From a virus, in UHGV virus genome UHGV-0209665: 63,097 nt of DNA; one strand, written 5' to 3'. Position 1 is the first letter of the stretch. The number at the start of each line of letters is the position of its first letter. The translations under genes and the position numbers were made by a program. The notes beneath the pieces are model-generated. The model did no database searches, was not told the DNA's origin, and saw only the letters and a list, made by a program, of their open reading frames with translations. This document shows, piece after piece, positions 49,901-58,302 of the stretch.

Positions 49901-50773
49901 GAACTGCGGATATATGCAGATCAGAAAACCAATATTCCGGTTTACGCAGAGAGAAAGAAGCATATAGCCGAAAAGCTGAAAGATCTTGAAGAACGGGAAC
50001 GGCTTAAAAATGAAGAGTGGTCTAAGTTGTGTGCCGAATATATCCGTTTGAACGAAGAACTTGCTGGATTGCCGGAAGGAAAAGAAGAAAAACTTTCCGA
50101 GCTGGAAAGAAAGAAGATGGAATTGGAGGAAAAAGCAGCTTCCATGCAAGTCAGAAAAGGGGTGCTGCTTCAGCGGATAGAGGATACAAAAAAAGCAAAT
50201 GAAGAAATCAACCAGCTTAAAGCAGAGATTTCCCGGGATGCAGAGAAAGCGGCTCGGTATGAGGTGCTGAAACAGGCATTCTCCCAGGACGGAGTGCCGC
50301 ATCAGATTGTCAGAAATATTATTCCTCATATCACTGATACGGCGAATAACATCCTTGGTCAGATGACCGGCGGAACCATGGGAGTTGAATTTGTAATGGA
50401 ACGCACCGTAAAAGGAAAGGATGGAGATAAAGCTACTCTGGATGTACTGATCAACGAATACGGAAAAACGACACTGCCGTATGCTTCAAAGTCTGGAGGC
50501 GAAAAAGTAAAGTCTTCCCTTGCTGTTATTCTTGCTCTTTCGGAAATTAAGGCGACTGCAGCCGGTATCCAGCTTGGGATGTTGTTCATTGACGAGCCCC
50601 CGTTCTTGGATGATGATGGAGCACAGGCCTATGTGGATTCTCTTGAAACAATCCGTAGCAGGTATCCGGATGTAAAAGTGATGGCAATCACACATGATGA
50701 TGCGATGAAAGCAAGGTTTAGTCAGAGTATCACAGTTATTAAGACTGACGAAGGATCAAAAGTAATCTGCTAG
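46931..50773 (+). CDS. fused SbcD-SbcC (Mre11-Rad50-like) nuclease/ATPase, 1280 aa
   Basis: N-terminal phosphoesterase motifs (DWHIG, GDIFH, GTPNHDG, GHIH). Then Walker A NGVNGAGKSS, a long coiled-coil with a C-x7-C hook-like site, signature SGGEKV, Walker B LFIDEP and H-loop ITHD. Confidence 0.75.
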   Translation: MKILHTADWHIGQFKGPVEDGVNLRSLDTIKCLEYMVKVAEEEKPDMVCISGDIFHQEQIGPVRYSDEMVTATRIIEGLAERSKFVVVMRGTPNHDGAGQFRVLEKMLSKNKKIAVVTTPQVISTPIADVACIPGFDKQEFRAKFPGLSAEEENLTWTKYISDMVMGLRAQCSNTNIIPDMTPAILMAHYTVPGCNMESGQTSFFSNFEPVIPREAIQAADYSAVLLGHIHRPQTIEGLENVFYSGAINAMNFNDEGQSRGFWIHEFDGRRLKSGKRYETPYRKFQTVTWAQEDVENYLCRGKEFLFTEGYPFLVSDKIVRIKYSCTVEQKKALNIPVLQSDLYEMGAFYVADIEAESMVDVANRGLLSEESDPLLNLKKWLSEKCVKDADKIVELGEPIISVAMKSETTSENHGVFRPVSISVKNYRNYKEEGFDFSDVSFCSINGVNGAGKSSLFMDAIADCLYEETREGDNKAWIRGTEDARSGSIEFVFDIGDKRFRVVRTRTKSGRATLNISQKDGEEWLNLSAERIKDTQAEIEKILGMDSMTFRSCALIMQDQYGLFLQAKKEDRMTILGNLLGLSVYGLMEQEAKKLLADTKRNLLSKKEAVKVKSEFVAEKGNPDGELENLEKEASEFDQIRKMTEQDIEVCKKQIADRKEAQDKSTELLQSTDTEKKALLSIQSEKEAAEKEMETCDVFLKNSEIIMAKAAEYEAAEETVKKLAPDVMEYESCKRSLEEKQNQILRYENIINTTQIQNRSIEEQLSKIETAEEELISQKLSELEDKRKELAEIREKKDRCSAVCAEVNKKHGEVTETVHGLSTQLRLAESDLDSYKKQQEFMDNSGCPDIENATCRFLEKAREDVAKIKKTEEEIAEIKESIRIAKEDYATYAAEKKKEIAEIGYSEEQEKNVLSEITNLETYQKRKDEIDRLKALKARLEGEKASNDKTIVSCTENVSTVKLESHKITENVLKLTETVERYQEAKRISEELRIYADQKTNIPVYAERKKHIAEKLKDLEERERLKNEEWSKLCAEYIRLNEELAGLPEGKEEKLSELERKKMELEEKAASMQVRKGVLLQRIEDTKKANEEINQLKAEISRDAEKAARYEVLKQAFSQDGVPHQIVRNIIPHITDTANNILGQMTGGTMGVEFVMERTVKGKDGDKATLDVLINEYGKTTLPYASKSGGEKVKSSLAVILALSEIKATAAGIQLGMLFIDEPPFLDDDGAQAYVDSLETIRSRYPDVKVMAITHDDAMKARFSQSITVIKTDEGSKVIC

Positions 50774-50784
50774 GAGGAAACATA

Positions 50785-51579
50785 ATGGGAAAACGATACT
50801 ATTGGTTAAAGCTGCCGGAGGGATTCTTCCGGCAGAAGCCGATAAAGAAATTACGGAAGATTGCTGGCGGGGATACCTACACAATCATTTATCTGAAAAT
50901 GCTGCTTATTGCGATGAAAAATGATGGCAAGCTTTACTTCGAAGGCGTAGAAGATGATTTTTATGAGGAATTGGCACTGGATCTTGATGAAGATTCGGAA
51001 AACGTAAAAGTAACGGTCTTATTCCTGATTCGACAAGGGTTAATGGAGTTGGTTGATGAAACAGAGTACCGCCTAACGGAATGCGATAAAATGGTTGGTT
51101 CAGAAAGTGCAAGTGCTGAACGAGTAAGAAAACATAGAGAACAGAAAGCGTTACAATGTAACAGCAATGTAACAGGAGTGAAACGCATCGGTAACGTAGA
51201 GAAAGAGATAGAGAAAGAGATAGAGAAAGATACTATATGTCCGGAGGTAATAACCTCCAGACCGGAAGTGTTCATTTCACTTCCTCTGGTTACTGGATCA
51301 GGATCTTTTGATGTCACCTTGGACTACCTCAATTCTCTTAGAAACTTATATCCAGCCATTGATGTTGAGCAGGAGTTTCGGAAGATGTATGCGTGGCTTG
51401 ACAGCAATCCTAAGAACCGAAAGACAGAAAGAGGGATAAAGCGTTTCATAACTGGATGGCTCGGAAGGGCGCAGGATAAGGCACCGATCATAAAAGCAGG
51501 AGGAATGCAGGACAACCGTAGAATGACAACGGGGCAATACATGGAATCTACGGCAAATTGGTATGGAGGTGGAAACTAA
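50785..51579 (+). CDS. phage replisome organizer (N-terminal domain)
   Basis: N-terminal YYWLKLPEGFF pattern; internal direct repeats. Confidence 0.5.
   Translation: MGKRYYWLKLPEGFFRQKPIKKLRKIAGGDTYTIIYLKMLLIAMKNDGKLYFEGVEDDFYEELALDLDEDSENVKVTVLFLIRQGLMELVDETEYRLTECDKMVGSESASAERVRKHREQKALQCNSNVTGVKRIGNVEKEIEKEIEKDTICPEVITSRPEVFISLPLVTGSGSFDVTLDYLNSLRNLYPAIDVEQEFRKMYAWLDSNPKNRKTERGIKRFITGWLGRAQDKAPIIKAGGMQDNRRMTTGQYMESTANWYGGGN
51198..51230 (+). repeat. 2.75 tandem copies of AGAGAAAGAGAT inside the replisome organizer gene (candidate iteron origin)
   Basis: Seen directly; followed by an AT-rich stretch. Confidence 0.4.
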
Positions 51580-51580
51580 T

Positions 51581-52192
51581 ATGACACCACAGGAGTTTGA
51601 TGTGATAAGAGCTGCGATCAAAAGTGCATATCCAACGTTTAACATCATGCCTGACAGGTACAGTATTCAGTTGTGGTACCGAATGCTTGGAGACATCGAC
51701 TTCAAGATCTGCGAGACAGCACTTCAAGAACTGATCGCAACACAGACGTATCCTCCGCAGATTGCAGAAATAAGAGCGAAATGTGCGGATTATACATCGC
51801 CACAAATAAAAGATTCCGGAGAAGCCTGGGGTGATGTACAACGTGCAATCCAGAAATACGGATATTACCGGTCAGACGAGGCGGTGGAAAGCCTGTCTGG
51901 TCCGACAAGGGAAGCTGTAGAACGGATGGGCTTCCGGGAGCTGTGCCTGGGAGATAATCCAGTTGCGAACCGAGCACATTTCTTTAAGATTTATGACGCT
52001 ATTGTACAGCGCAAGATCAATGACAGCCTACTTCCGGAGCTTGTATTGAAAAAGAAATCAGAGTACATGCTTAGCAGCAGGGAACAGGAGAAGAAGACAC
52101 CGAAAATCGAGGATAAAGACCCAGACTCTGCAAGAAATGTATCAACCCCTGAATTCATAGATAAGCTCATGAGGGAGAAGGGATTGCGATGA
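51581..52192 (+). CDS. putative replication/loader-associated protein
   Basis: Position after the replisome organizer; GGAGGTGG RBS. Confidence 0.3.
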   Translation: MTPQEFDVIRAAIKSAYPTFNIMPDRYSIQLWYRMLGDIDFKICETALQELIATQTYPPQIAEIRAKCADYTSPQIKDSGEAWGDVQRAIQKYGYYRSDEAVESLSGPTREAVERMGFRELCLGDNPVANRAHFFKIYDAIVQRKINDSLLPELVLKKKSEYMLSSREQEKKTPKIEDKDPDSARNVSTPEFIDKLMREKGLR

Positions 52193-53028
52193 AGGCGAAG
52201 AAAGAAGTGCAAGAGATACAGGGGACAAAGCAGGAATTCTTAAAAGTCTTTCGGGAAATGTGCTACAGCCGGAGTGCATGGCAGGTTTGGGCAGATCTCA
52301 TTAGCATGATAGCGTGCTCTCTGGCGAATTCCACAGATCCGGACAAGGCGGGTGTTCGATATTTGGAGAGGGAGCAGGAGTACAAACAATGCGCAGAGCG
52401 TCTTGGCGGTGTAGATAAGCCGTCACGGTGCATGGCTGTAATCGTTGAAGCTCTCGAAAGAAACCCGGAACAGGATTTCCTCGGAGAATTGTTCATGGAA
52501 TTGAAGCTTGGAAATCATTGGAAAGGACAATTTTTCACGCCCTATTGCGTATGCAAGGCAATGTCAAATATGGTTACGGGCGATGTGGACGAGCAGATAG
52601 AGCAAAGGGGATATATAAGTGTTTGCGATCCTGCCTGCGGGGCGGGCGCAACACTGATTGCCACCGTAAGTGAGATGAAGTTGTCAAAATATAATTTTCA
52701 GAACCATGTCCTGTTCGTGGGGCAGGATGTTGACCGGGTGGCGGGAATGATGTGCTACATACAGCTTTCGCTGCTTGGATGCGCCGGATATATTTGCATC
52801 GGAGACACGCTGACAAATCCCGTAACAGGACATGTGCTTTTTCCACAAGAGAGAGAAGGTCAGGAATTTTGGTATATGCCTATGTTTCGGATGGATGTGT
52901 GGTCGCTGCGACGGATGCTCCATTGTATCGGAGCCATGAGCGCACCAACAAAGAAGAAGGAGAAATCCACAAAGTATTATATGTTTTTTGATTTTAAGAA
53001 GGAGGAAACACAATGGGAGAAAATGTAA
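52189..53028 (+). CDS. N6-adenine methyltransferase (HsdM-like) homologue lacking catalytic motif IV
   Basis: GQFFTP and DPACGAGATL motifs plus the L.GQD....A.M....L.G...I..GDTL block are present. No (D/N)PP(Y/F) motif follows. Confidence 0.5.
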   Translation: MKAKKEVQEIQGTKQEFLKVFREMCYSRSAWQVWADLISMIACSLANSTDPDKAGVRYLEREQEYKQCAERLGGVDKPSRCMAVIVEALERNPEQDFLGELFMELKLGNHWKGQFFTPYCVCKAMSNMVTGDVDEQIEQRGYISVCDPACGAGATLIATVSEMKLSKYNFQNHVLFVGQDVDRVAGMMCYIQLSLLGCAGYICIGDTLTNPVTGHVLFPQEREGQEFWYMPMFRMDVWSLRRMLHCIGAMSAPTKKKEKSTKYYMFFDFKKEETQWEKM

Positions 53029-53984
53029 AACATTTTTCGTTGGAAGAGAAAGATGACAATACCTATGGCTGGCCATGGAATGAAGTTGTAAAAACATTTC
53101 TTCAAAGCCATTACAACGATGAAGAAAAACAGTGCTCAATAAAAATCAGAGACAAAGAGTACAAGATCTTAAAGAGAGAAAGCGTCACAGTATTCTATGA
53201 CGCTGATGGCAACACATTGTTTGATGTAACCAATGCACGGCTGGAAAAGGAGTACGAATCCGGAGTATCCGATGCAGAAGAGGAATTGGAGAACAATGTA
53301 CCTGTAGAACCTATGGGGGAAATAATTGAAGAAACCGAGCAGGAAGCATTCGAAGCAGTTACGTCCGAAGGCGAAAAAAATATAAAAGATGAGGAGTTTG
53401 TCCCAATGGGAACTACATCGCTTGCAGATATAGTGGAAGGCTTACCAGCACCGACGGATGAAGCAATAAAGAAAGCGGAGGAGGAGAATGCGAAACCATT
53501 AAAACAGAGAGCGAAGGAAAAGCTGGAAGGAGAATTAAAGAACGCCAAAGATAAGAATTTTGCCGATCCGGTTATAACCTATTTGCTGAAGCGCTGTGAA
53601 GAAGATGACGGTCTTGCGGAAGACGTTCTTCAAAATCATAAAACATGGGAAAAGTGCTATGGCTATATTTATGAGCAGGCGAGGAAACAGAAAAGTGGAA
53701 ATTGTGCTGTGGTTCGGGATGATGTGGTTTACGAATGGGCAGAAGATTATTTCCATTTGGATGATAAAGCCATTGAAGAAAAGAAAAAGAAAGAGGAAAA
53801 AGAGCGGAGAAAGAGTCAGAAGCAAGAAACTGAGAAACGCAAGCAACAGAACTCCAAACAGAAGCCTGCCAAAGAAAAGACATCGGAAAAGACACCGGAT
53901 GCGAAATCGGTGAAAGAAGTAAAAAAGAAGACTCCAAAGAAGAATGAGCCAGAAGGACAAATGTCATTATTTGATTTGTTATAG
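53013..53984 (+). CDS. acidic/lysine-rich hypothetical protein (possibly PcfK-like)
   Basis: Adjacent to the PcfJ-like gene; low-complexity E/K-rich middle. Confidence 0.25.
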   Translation: MGENVKHFSLEEKDDNTYGWPWNEVVKTFLQSHYNDEEKQCSIKIRDKEYKILKRESVTVFYDADGNTLFDVTNARLEKEYESGVSDAEEELENNVPVEPMGEIIEETEQEAFEAVTSEGEKNIKDEEFVPMGTTSLADIVEGLPAPTDEAIKKAEEENAKPLKQRAKEKLEGELKNAKDKNFADPVITYLLKRCEEDDGLAEDVLQNHKTWEKCYGYIYEQARKQKSGNCAVVRDDVVYEWAEDYFHLDDKAIEEKKKKEEKERRKSQKQETEKRKQQNSKQKPAKEKTSEKTPDAKSVKEVKKKTPKKNEPEGQMSLFDLL

Positions 53985-53996
53985 GGAGGGATAGAT

Positions 53997-56159
53997 GTGG
54001 AAAAAAGAAAATTATCTGCTATTCCAAGACCAAGCGCAACTAAGGAAATGATAGAAGTTGCAGATCGGCTTGGAGGCATGAGACATATTGTGACAGCAGA
54101 TCTGGTTGATGATAAAAAGATACTGCTTCTGAATTTCTTTGAGATTAAGGCCCTCAAGAATGGAAAAACAGAAGCAGCTTTCCGGACATTTCTGTCGCAC
54201 GATGATTATATCACGCAGGATTTGAAAACGTCAAAGGTTAAATGGATTACAGGTTCATTTGATAGGATGGATAACTTTTCTTTAATGGATTATGCGTATA
54301 ATCAGCAAGAACATAAAAGCTCATATCGGCTCAATGTATTCATGAGATCTGACGAAGAGTTAAAAATAGTAAAGTATTTCTTTAGAGAATACTCCAGGAC
54401 CGATGATAAATACAGCCCCTGGGTAGAAATACATAGATTTCAGCAAGAGGTTTTAGATAAGCGTTTGGCAGAAAAGCATAAGAAAGAGACTGACAAGATC
54501 GATGTGGTAATGAATCCAATAAAGGACGCACCGAAAGAATTTTTCGATTGGGTGTGGAATACAGGAATGAGCTTTGCACGATACCTAATCTACAAGGAAG
54601 TGGAAAAAGGTAAGGCATTATGTGAGTGTACACATTGTAAGAAAATCGGAATTGTGGACAGAAAAAATATCCGTCTTCGGAATAACGAGAAAGGAATCTG
54701 TCCGTTCTGCGGTAGCAGGGTAACTATTAAGGCAAAAGGACGAATGCCTGCTCGGACACACGATGAACGGTGGTTCGCATATGTGGATCCTACGAAAGAC
54801 GGTTTTGTCTTCCGGTACTTCAAAGCACATCAATCAATGAGAAGCGACAGATATGTGGACATGTTAATAAATAAAGGCAGAATTGAAAGGTATGTTTCTG
54901 AGTACAGTAGGGCTATTTATACGTTCCCGAAAGGAAAACCAAAATGCGAATCATATGAGTGGGGAGTGTATAAGCAGAGAGGAAATTGCCGCTGGTGTCC
55001 AGATCAGGGAAAGATCTCCTGCATGGAATGCATATTATATCCCGGAAATCTGCCGCAGGCGTGGGAACACACTCCTATGAAATACTCGGCATTGGAAGTG
55101 CTTTCAACCAATATTCCTACAGTTTCCATGAGATATGAGGATGCAATCAAAAAGTATATAGAATTTCCGAAAATGGAATGGATCTGTAAAATGGGGCTCA
55201 ATAAGATTGCAAAAGGCATTATCAATTCTCGATATAGTGGTTATCAGACCGGTAAGGTCAATGTTAAAGGAAAGACCATATATGAGATTTTAGGACTGAC
55301 AAAGGTAAATACCAGAGTATTGCAGGTTGTTGATGGAAACCACGATGTACTTCGGCTGTTGCAGGTAGCACAGCAGATTGGCTTGCAGTTTAAACCGGAG
55401 CAGATCCAAGAGTATTACGAAACGTTCGGATGTAATACGGATTTATTGAAACAGGCAAACCGGAAGACGACGCTTCATAAAATCGTGAAGTACATTACGA
55501 AAGAAAGCGAAAACTATCCAATAGGTGAACAGGGGGTGTGCTGGAGATACTCATACATGAGGTACAAAGAACGGGAAGATCCTCGAATCGAAAGAAAAAG
55601 GAATATGGCAAAGGATTGGCTTGAATATTTAGACTGGTGCAAAGATCTCAAGTACGATTTGAATAACATGTTTATTTATATGCCAAAGAATTTCAAAAAG
55701 GTACATGACAGGACTGCAGAGGAATTCCAGATTCTTCAAGATAAAAAAGCGGCAGCGGAGAAAAAGAGAAAGGAACAGGAGGCTAAAAGAAGGATGGAGA
55801 AGACGAAGAAAGCGTTAGCAGAAATTCTCGGTCAGAACGAAGGGGTGGATGCGTTTTCGATAAAGGGAAAGGGCTTGATACTTGTGGTTCCAAAAACAGG
55901 GGATGAGATAAGAGCAGAGGGAGCTGCGCTTCACCATTGTGTCGGAACATATGTAGATCGTGTTGCAAAAGGAGAAACAAGCATATTCTTTATCCGGAAA
56001 GCAAAGGAACCGGACAAGCCATATTTTACCATGGAGTGGAAAAACGGAGATATTGTCCAGTGTCGTGGATCACATAACTGCGGAATGCCACCAGAAGTAA
56101 AAGCGTTTACGGAAGCGTTCAAGGAGAAAATGACTACACAGATGAGGAGGTGTGGATAA
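53997..56159 (+). CDS. PcfJ-like protein
   Basis: C-terminal ALHHCVGTYVDRVAKGETSIFFIR (HCV motif); GTG start. Confidence 0.45.
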   Translation: MEKRKLSAIPRPSATKEMIEVADRLGGMRHIVTADLVDDKKILLLNFFEIKALKNGKTEAAFRTFLSHDDYITQDLKTSKVKWITGSFDRMDNFSLMDYAYNQQEHKSSYRLNVFMRSDEELKIVKYFFREYSRTDDKYSPWVEIHRFQQEVLDKRLAEKHKKETDKIDVVMNPIKDAPKEFFDWVWNTGMSFARYLIYKEVEKGKALCECTHCKKIGIVDRKNIRLRNNEKGICPFCGSRVTIKAKGRMPARTHDERWFAYVDPTKDGFVFRYFKAHQSMRSDRYVDMLINKGRIERYVSEYSRAIYTFPKGKPKCESYEWGVYKQRGNCRWCPDQGKISCMECILYPGNLPQAWEHTPMKYSALEVLSTNIPTVSMRYEDAIKKYIEFPKMEWICKMGLNKIAKGIINSRYSGYQTGKVNVKGKTIYEILGLTKVNTRVLQVVDGNHDVLRLLQVAQQIGLQFKPEQIQEYYETFGCNTDLLKQANRKTTLHKIVKYITKESENYPIGEQGVCWRYSYMRYKEREDPRIERKRNMAKDWLEYLDWCKDLKYDLNNMFIYMPKNFKKVHDRTAEEFQILQDKKAAAEKKRKEQEAKRRMEKTKKALAEILGQNEGVDAFSIKGKGLILVVPKTGDEIRAEGAALHHCVGTYVDRVAKGETSIFFIRKAKEPDKPYFTMEWKNGDIVQCRGSHNCGMPPEVKAFTEAFKEKMTTQMRRCG

Positions 56160-56347
56160 TGGATCGCAAGATTATAAGGAGCATTAGAAAAGGATCTGCA
56201 CAGTGGAATGAAGAAGATAGACTGCAGCTGGTTACTCTGCTTGTGAAAGCGGGGTATTGCGTAAAGATCGGGCGGCGGCCTGTTCCAGGGCAGGAAGATA
56301 AGAAAAACGGACAGATGGAGTACACCGTTGAATACTGGGAGGAATGA
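56150..56347 (+). CDS. hypothetical protein (65 aa)
   Basis: Small ORF. Confidence 0.25.
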   Translation: MWIMDRKIIRSIRKGSAQWNEEDRLQLVTLLVKAGYCVKIGRRPVPGQEDKKNGQMEYTVEYWEE

Positions 56348-56485
56348 TTATGAAAATTGGAGAAGTTGTGGAGATCTTAATAAGAGTCAAGGATGACTAT
56401 GGATATTTTGATTACCGAAGACAGGCCGTAGAAGAAGCATGCAATCTTCTCGACAAGCTGCCAAGAATGGAGGAGGCGAGAGAAT

Positions 56486-57484
56486 ATGAACCGGTCGAAA
56501 ATAGAGTGGTGTGATCATACGTTGAATATCATTACCGGATGCCGCCATGGATGTGAATATTGCTATGCAAGGAAGATTAGTCAGCGGTTTTGCGGAAATG
56601 TAAAACTGAATAAAACAATGAAAGACAAATACCGGGAAGATGAGGGAGGATACATTCTGGACGAGCCATTCATTGGAGAAAACGGAAAGCAGATCATATA
56701 TCCGTTTGGTTTTGAACCTACGCTTCACAGGTACCGTATAAACACGCTGGATAAATTAAAGATGGGGCAAAATATTTTTGTCGGCGCTGTGGCCGATGTA
56801 TTTGGAGATTGGGTGCCGGAATCTTGGATTAGGGAGGTTTTTGAGTGCTGCGAAGAGCATAAGCAGCACAACTACCTGTTCCTTACAAAGAATCCGGAAC
56901 GGTATGCAGATCTGGATCTTCTGAGTGCTGACAATATGTTTTACGGAACGAGCATAACCAGGGAAGACGAAATGCACAGGTTCAATTTTCTGCCGGCTTT
57001 CAGAAACAGATTTGTGAGCATTGAGCCGATACTGGAGGATATGCAGCCAGAGAAACACAACTTGTTATTCCGACAAGTTGACTGGGTAATCCTAGGTGCA
57101 GAAACGGGGTTGCGCCGCGGGAAGGTAATACCGGATGCGAAGTGGATCTGGAAAATAGTTGAATTGGCAGATCGTGAGCATACGCCGATATTCATGAAAG
57201 ACAGCCTCATAAACATTGTTGGGGAAGAAAATATGCGGAGAGATTTCCCAGAGCAACTGCTTGTCAGAAAGAAAAGCGAGAAGGTGCTGAAGAAGCTGAT
57301 GGGAGAATGTGTGGAGTGCCATGATGAAATGGAGAAAAATAAAATGGTATCTTTGTCAGCCAGATCGAAGCGAGGAGGAAAAACAAGCAGCTTCGCTTAT
57401 ATGTGCCGGCCATGCTTTATCAAATGGTGCAAGGAACATGGGGTTGAAATACCAAAACTGGAAGGATTAGAAAATGAAAAGTAA
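56486..57484 (+). CDS. phage Gp37/Gp68 (DUF5131) family protein with radical-SAM-like CxxxCxxC motif
   Basis: IEWCDHTLNIITGCRHGCEYCY near the N-terminus; C-terminal Cys-rich tail. Confidence 0.5.
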   Translation: MNRSKIEWCDHTLNIITGCRHGCEYCYARKISQRFCGNVKLNKTMKDKYREDEGGYILDEPFIGENGKQIIYPFGFEPTLHRYRINTLDKLKMGQNIFVGAVADVFGDWVPESWIREVFECCEEHKQHNYLFLTKNPERYADLDLLSADNMFYGTSITREDEMHRFNFLPAFRNRFVSIEPILEDMQPEKHNLLFRQVDWVILGAETGLRRGKVIPDAKWIWKIVELADREHTPIFMKDSLINIVGEENMRRDFPEQLLVRKKSEKVLKKLMGECVECHDEMEKNKMVSLSARSKRGGKTSSFAYMCRPCFIKWCKEHGVEIPKLEGLENEK

Positions 57485-57782
57485 AGGAGCAGACATGGGT
57501 AAGAGTAAGAGAAATTGTAGAAGAACTGAAGATGAGGTGCGGATTCACGAAAAGGCCGTAAAGATGAGGAAAATGACAGATGAACAGCTTGTTCACTATG
57601 TCGAGGATAGAGTGGAAAAAGCCAGAAGCGAAGGATTTAATAGCGGGAAGAAGGAATCTGGAAGCGGTAAGGGCACAAGGGAATTCCTTGAAGAACTGCA
57701 GACGTCCAAGATTGCGGGAATTGGAGCAGTTACAATCAATAAATTATTAAAGGTGGCAACAGAGCATGGATACATACAGTAG
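57474..57782 (+). CDS. hypothetical protein (102 aa)
   Basis: ORF in the early operon. Confidence 0.3.
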   Translation: MKSKGADMGKSKRNCRRTEDEVRIHEKAVKMRKMTDEQLVHYVEDRVEKARSEGFNSGKKESGSGKGTREFLEELQTSKIAGIGAVTINKLLKVATEHGYIQ

Positions 57783-58302
57783 GGCATTAACGGGAAGTAG
57801 ATCTCGGGCATCGGGAGAATATTTTGAAGGAATGATTAGTGCAGCTTGCCGATTTTATGAAGAAAGAGGGATTTCCGTAATAGAGAAGACGCCAGAACCG
57901 ATGAAAGTCTTGAAGCCATATGACAGAAGAAGAGGGCAGTTTATCTGCTGTTTTGCAAAACAGGCACAGCCGGATTTTAAAGGTGTATTGATGGATTCAA
58001 CAATGGTCTTGTTTGATGCAAAACACACCGATAAAGAAAAAATCATGAGAAGCGTAGTTACTGAGGAACAGGAGGAATGCTTTGAAAGATATATGAAACT
58101 TGGAGCAATGTGCTTTCTGGTGGTTTCGATAGGGCTTGATAAATTTTATCGTGTTCCATGGGTGGTATTCCGCGATATGAAAAAAATCTATGGACATAAA
58201 TACATGGACGAAAAAGATCTTGAAGCATACAAAATTAAATACTTAAATGGAGTTCTGCGATTTTTGGACGGCATAGAACTTCGGGAAGGAGAGAAAGAAT
58301 GA
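57766..58302 (+). CDS. RecU-like Holliday junction resolvase (PD-(D/E)xK)
   Basis: PDFKGVLMDSTMVLFDAKHT motif; size ~180 aa. Confidence 0.5.
   Translation: MDTYSRALTGSRSRASGEYFEGMISAACRFYEERGISVIEKTPEPMKVLKPYDRRRGQFICCFAKQAQPDFKGVLMDSTMVLFDAKHTDKEKIMRSVVTEEQEECFERYMKLGAMCFLVVSIGLDKFYRVPWVVFRDMKKIYGHKYMDEKDLEAYKIKYLNGVLRFLDGIELREGEKE

Noticed and set aside
52684-53139. Antisense 151-aa ORF across the HsdM-like gene
   Set aside because: No RBS; the + strand gene has conserved methyltransferase motifs.
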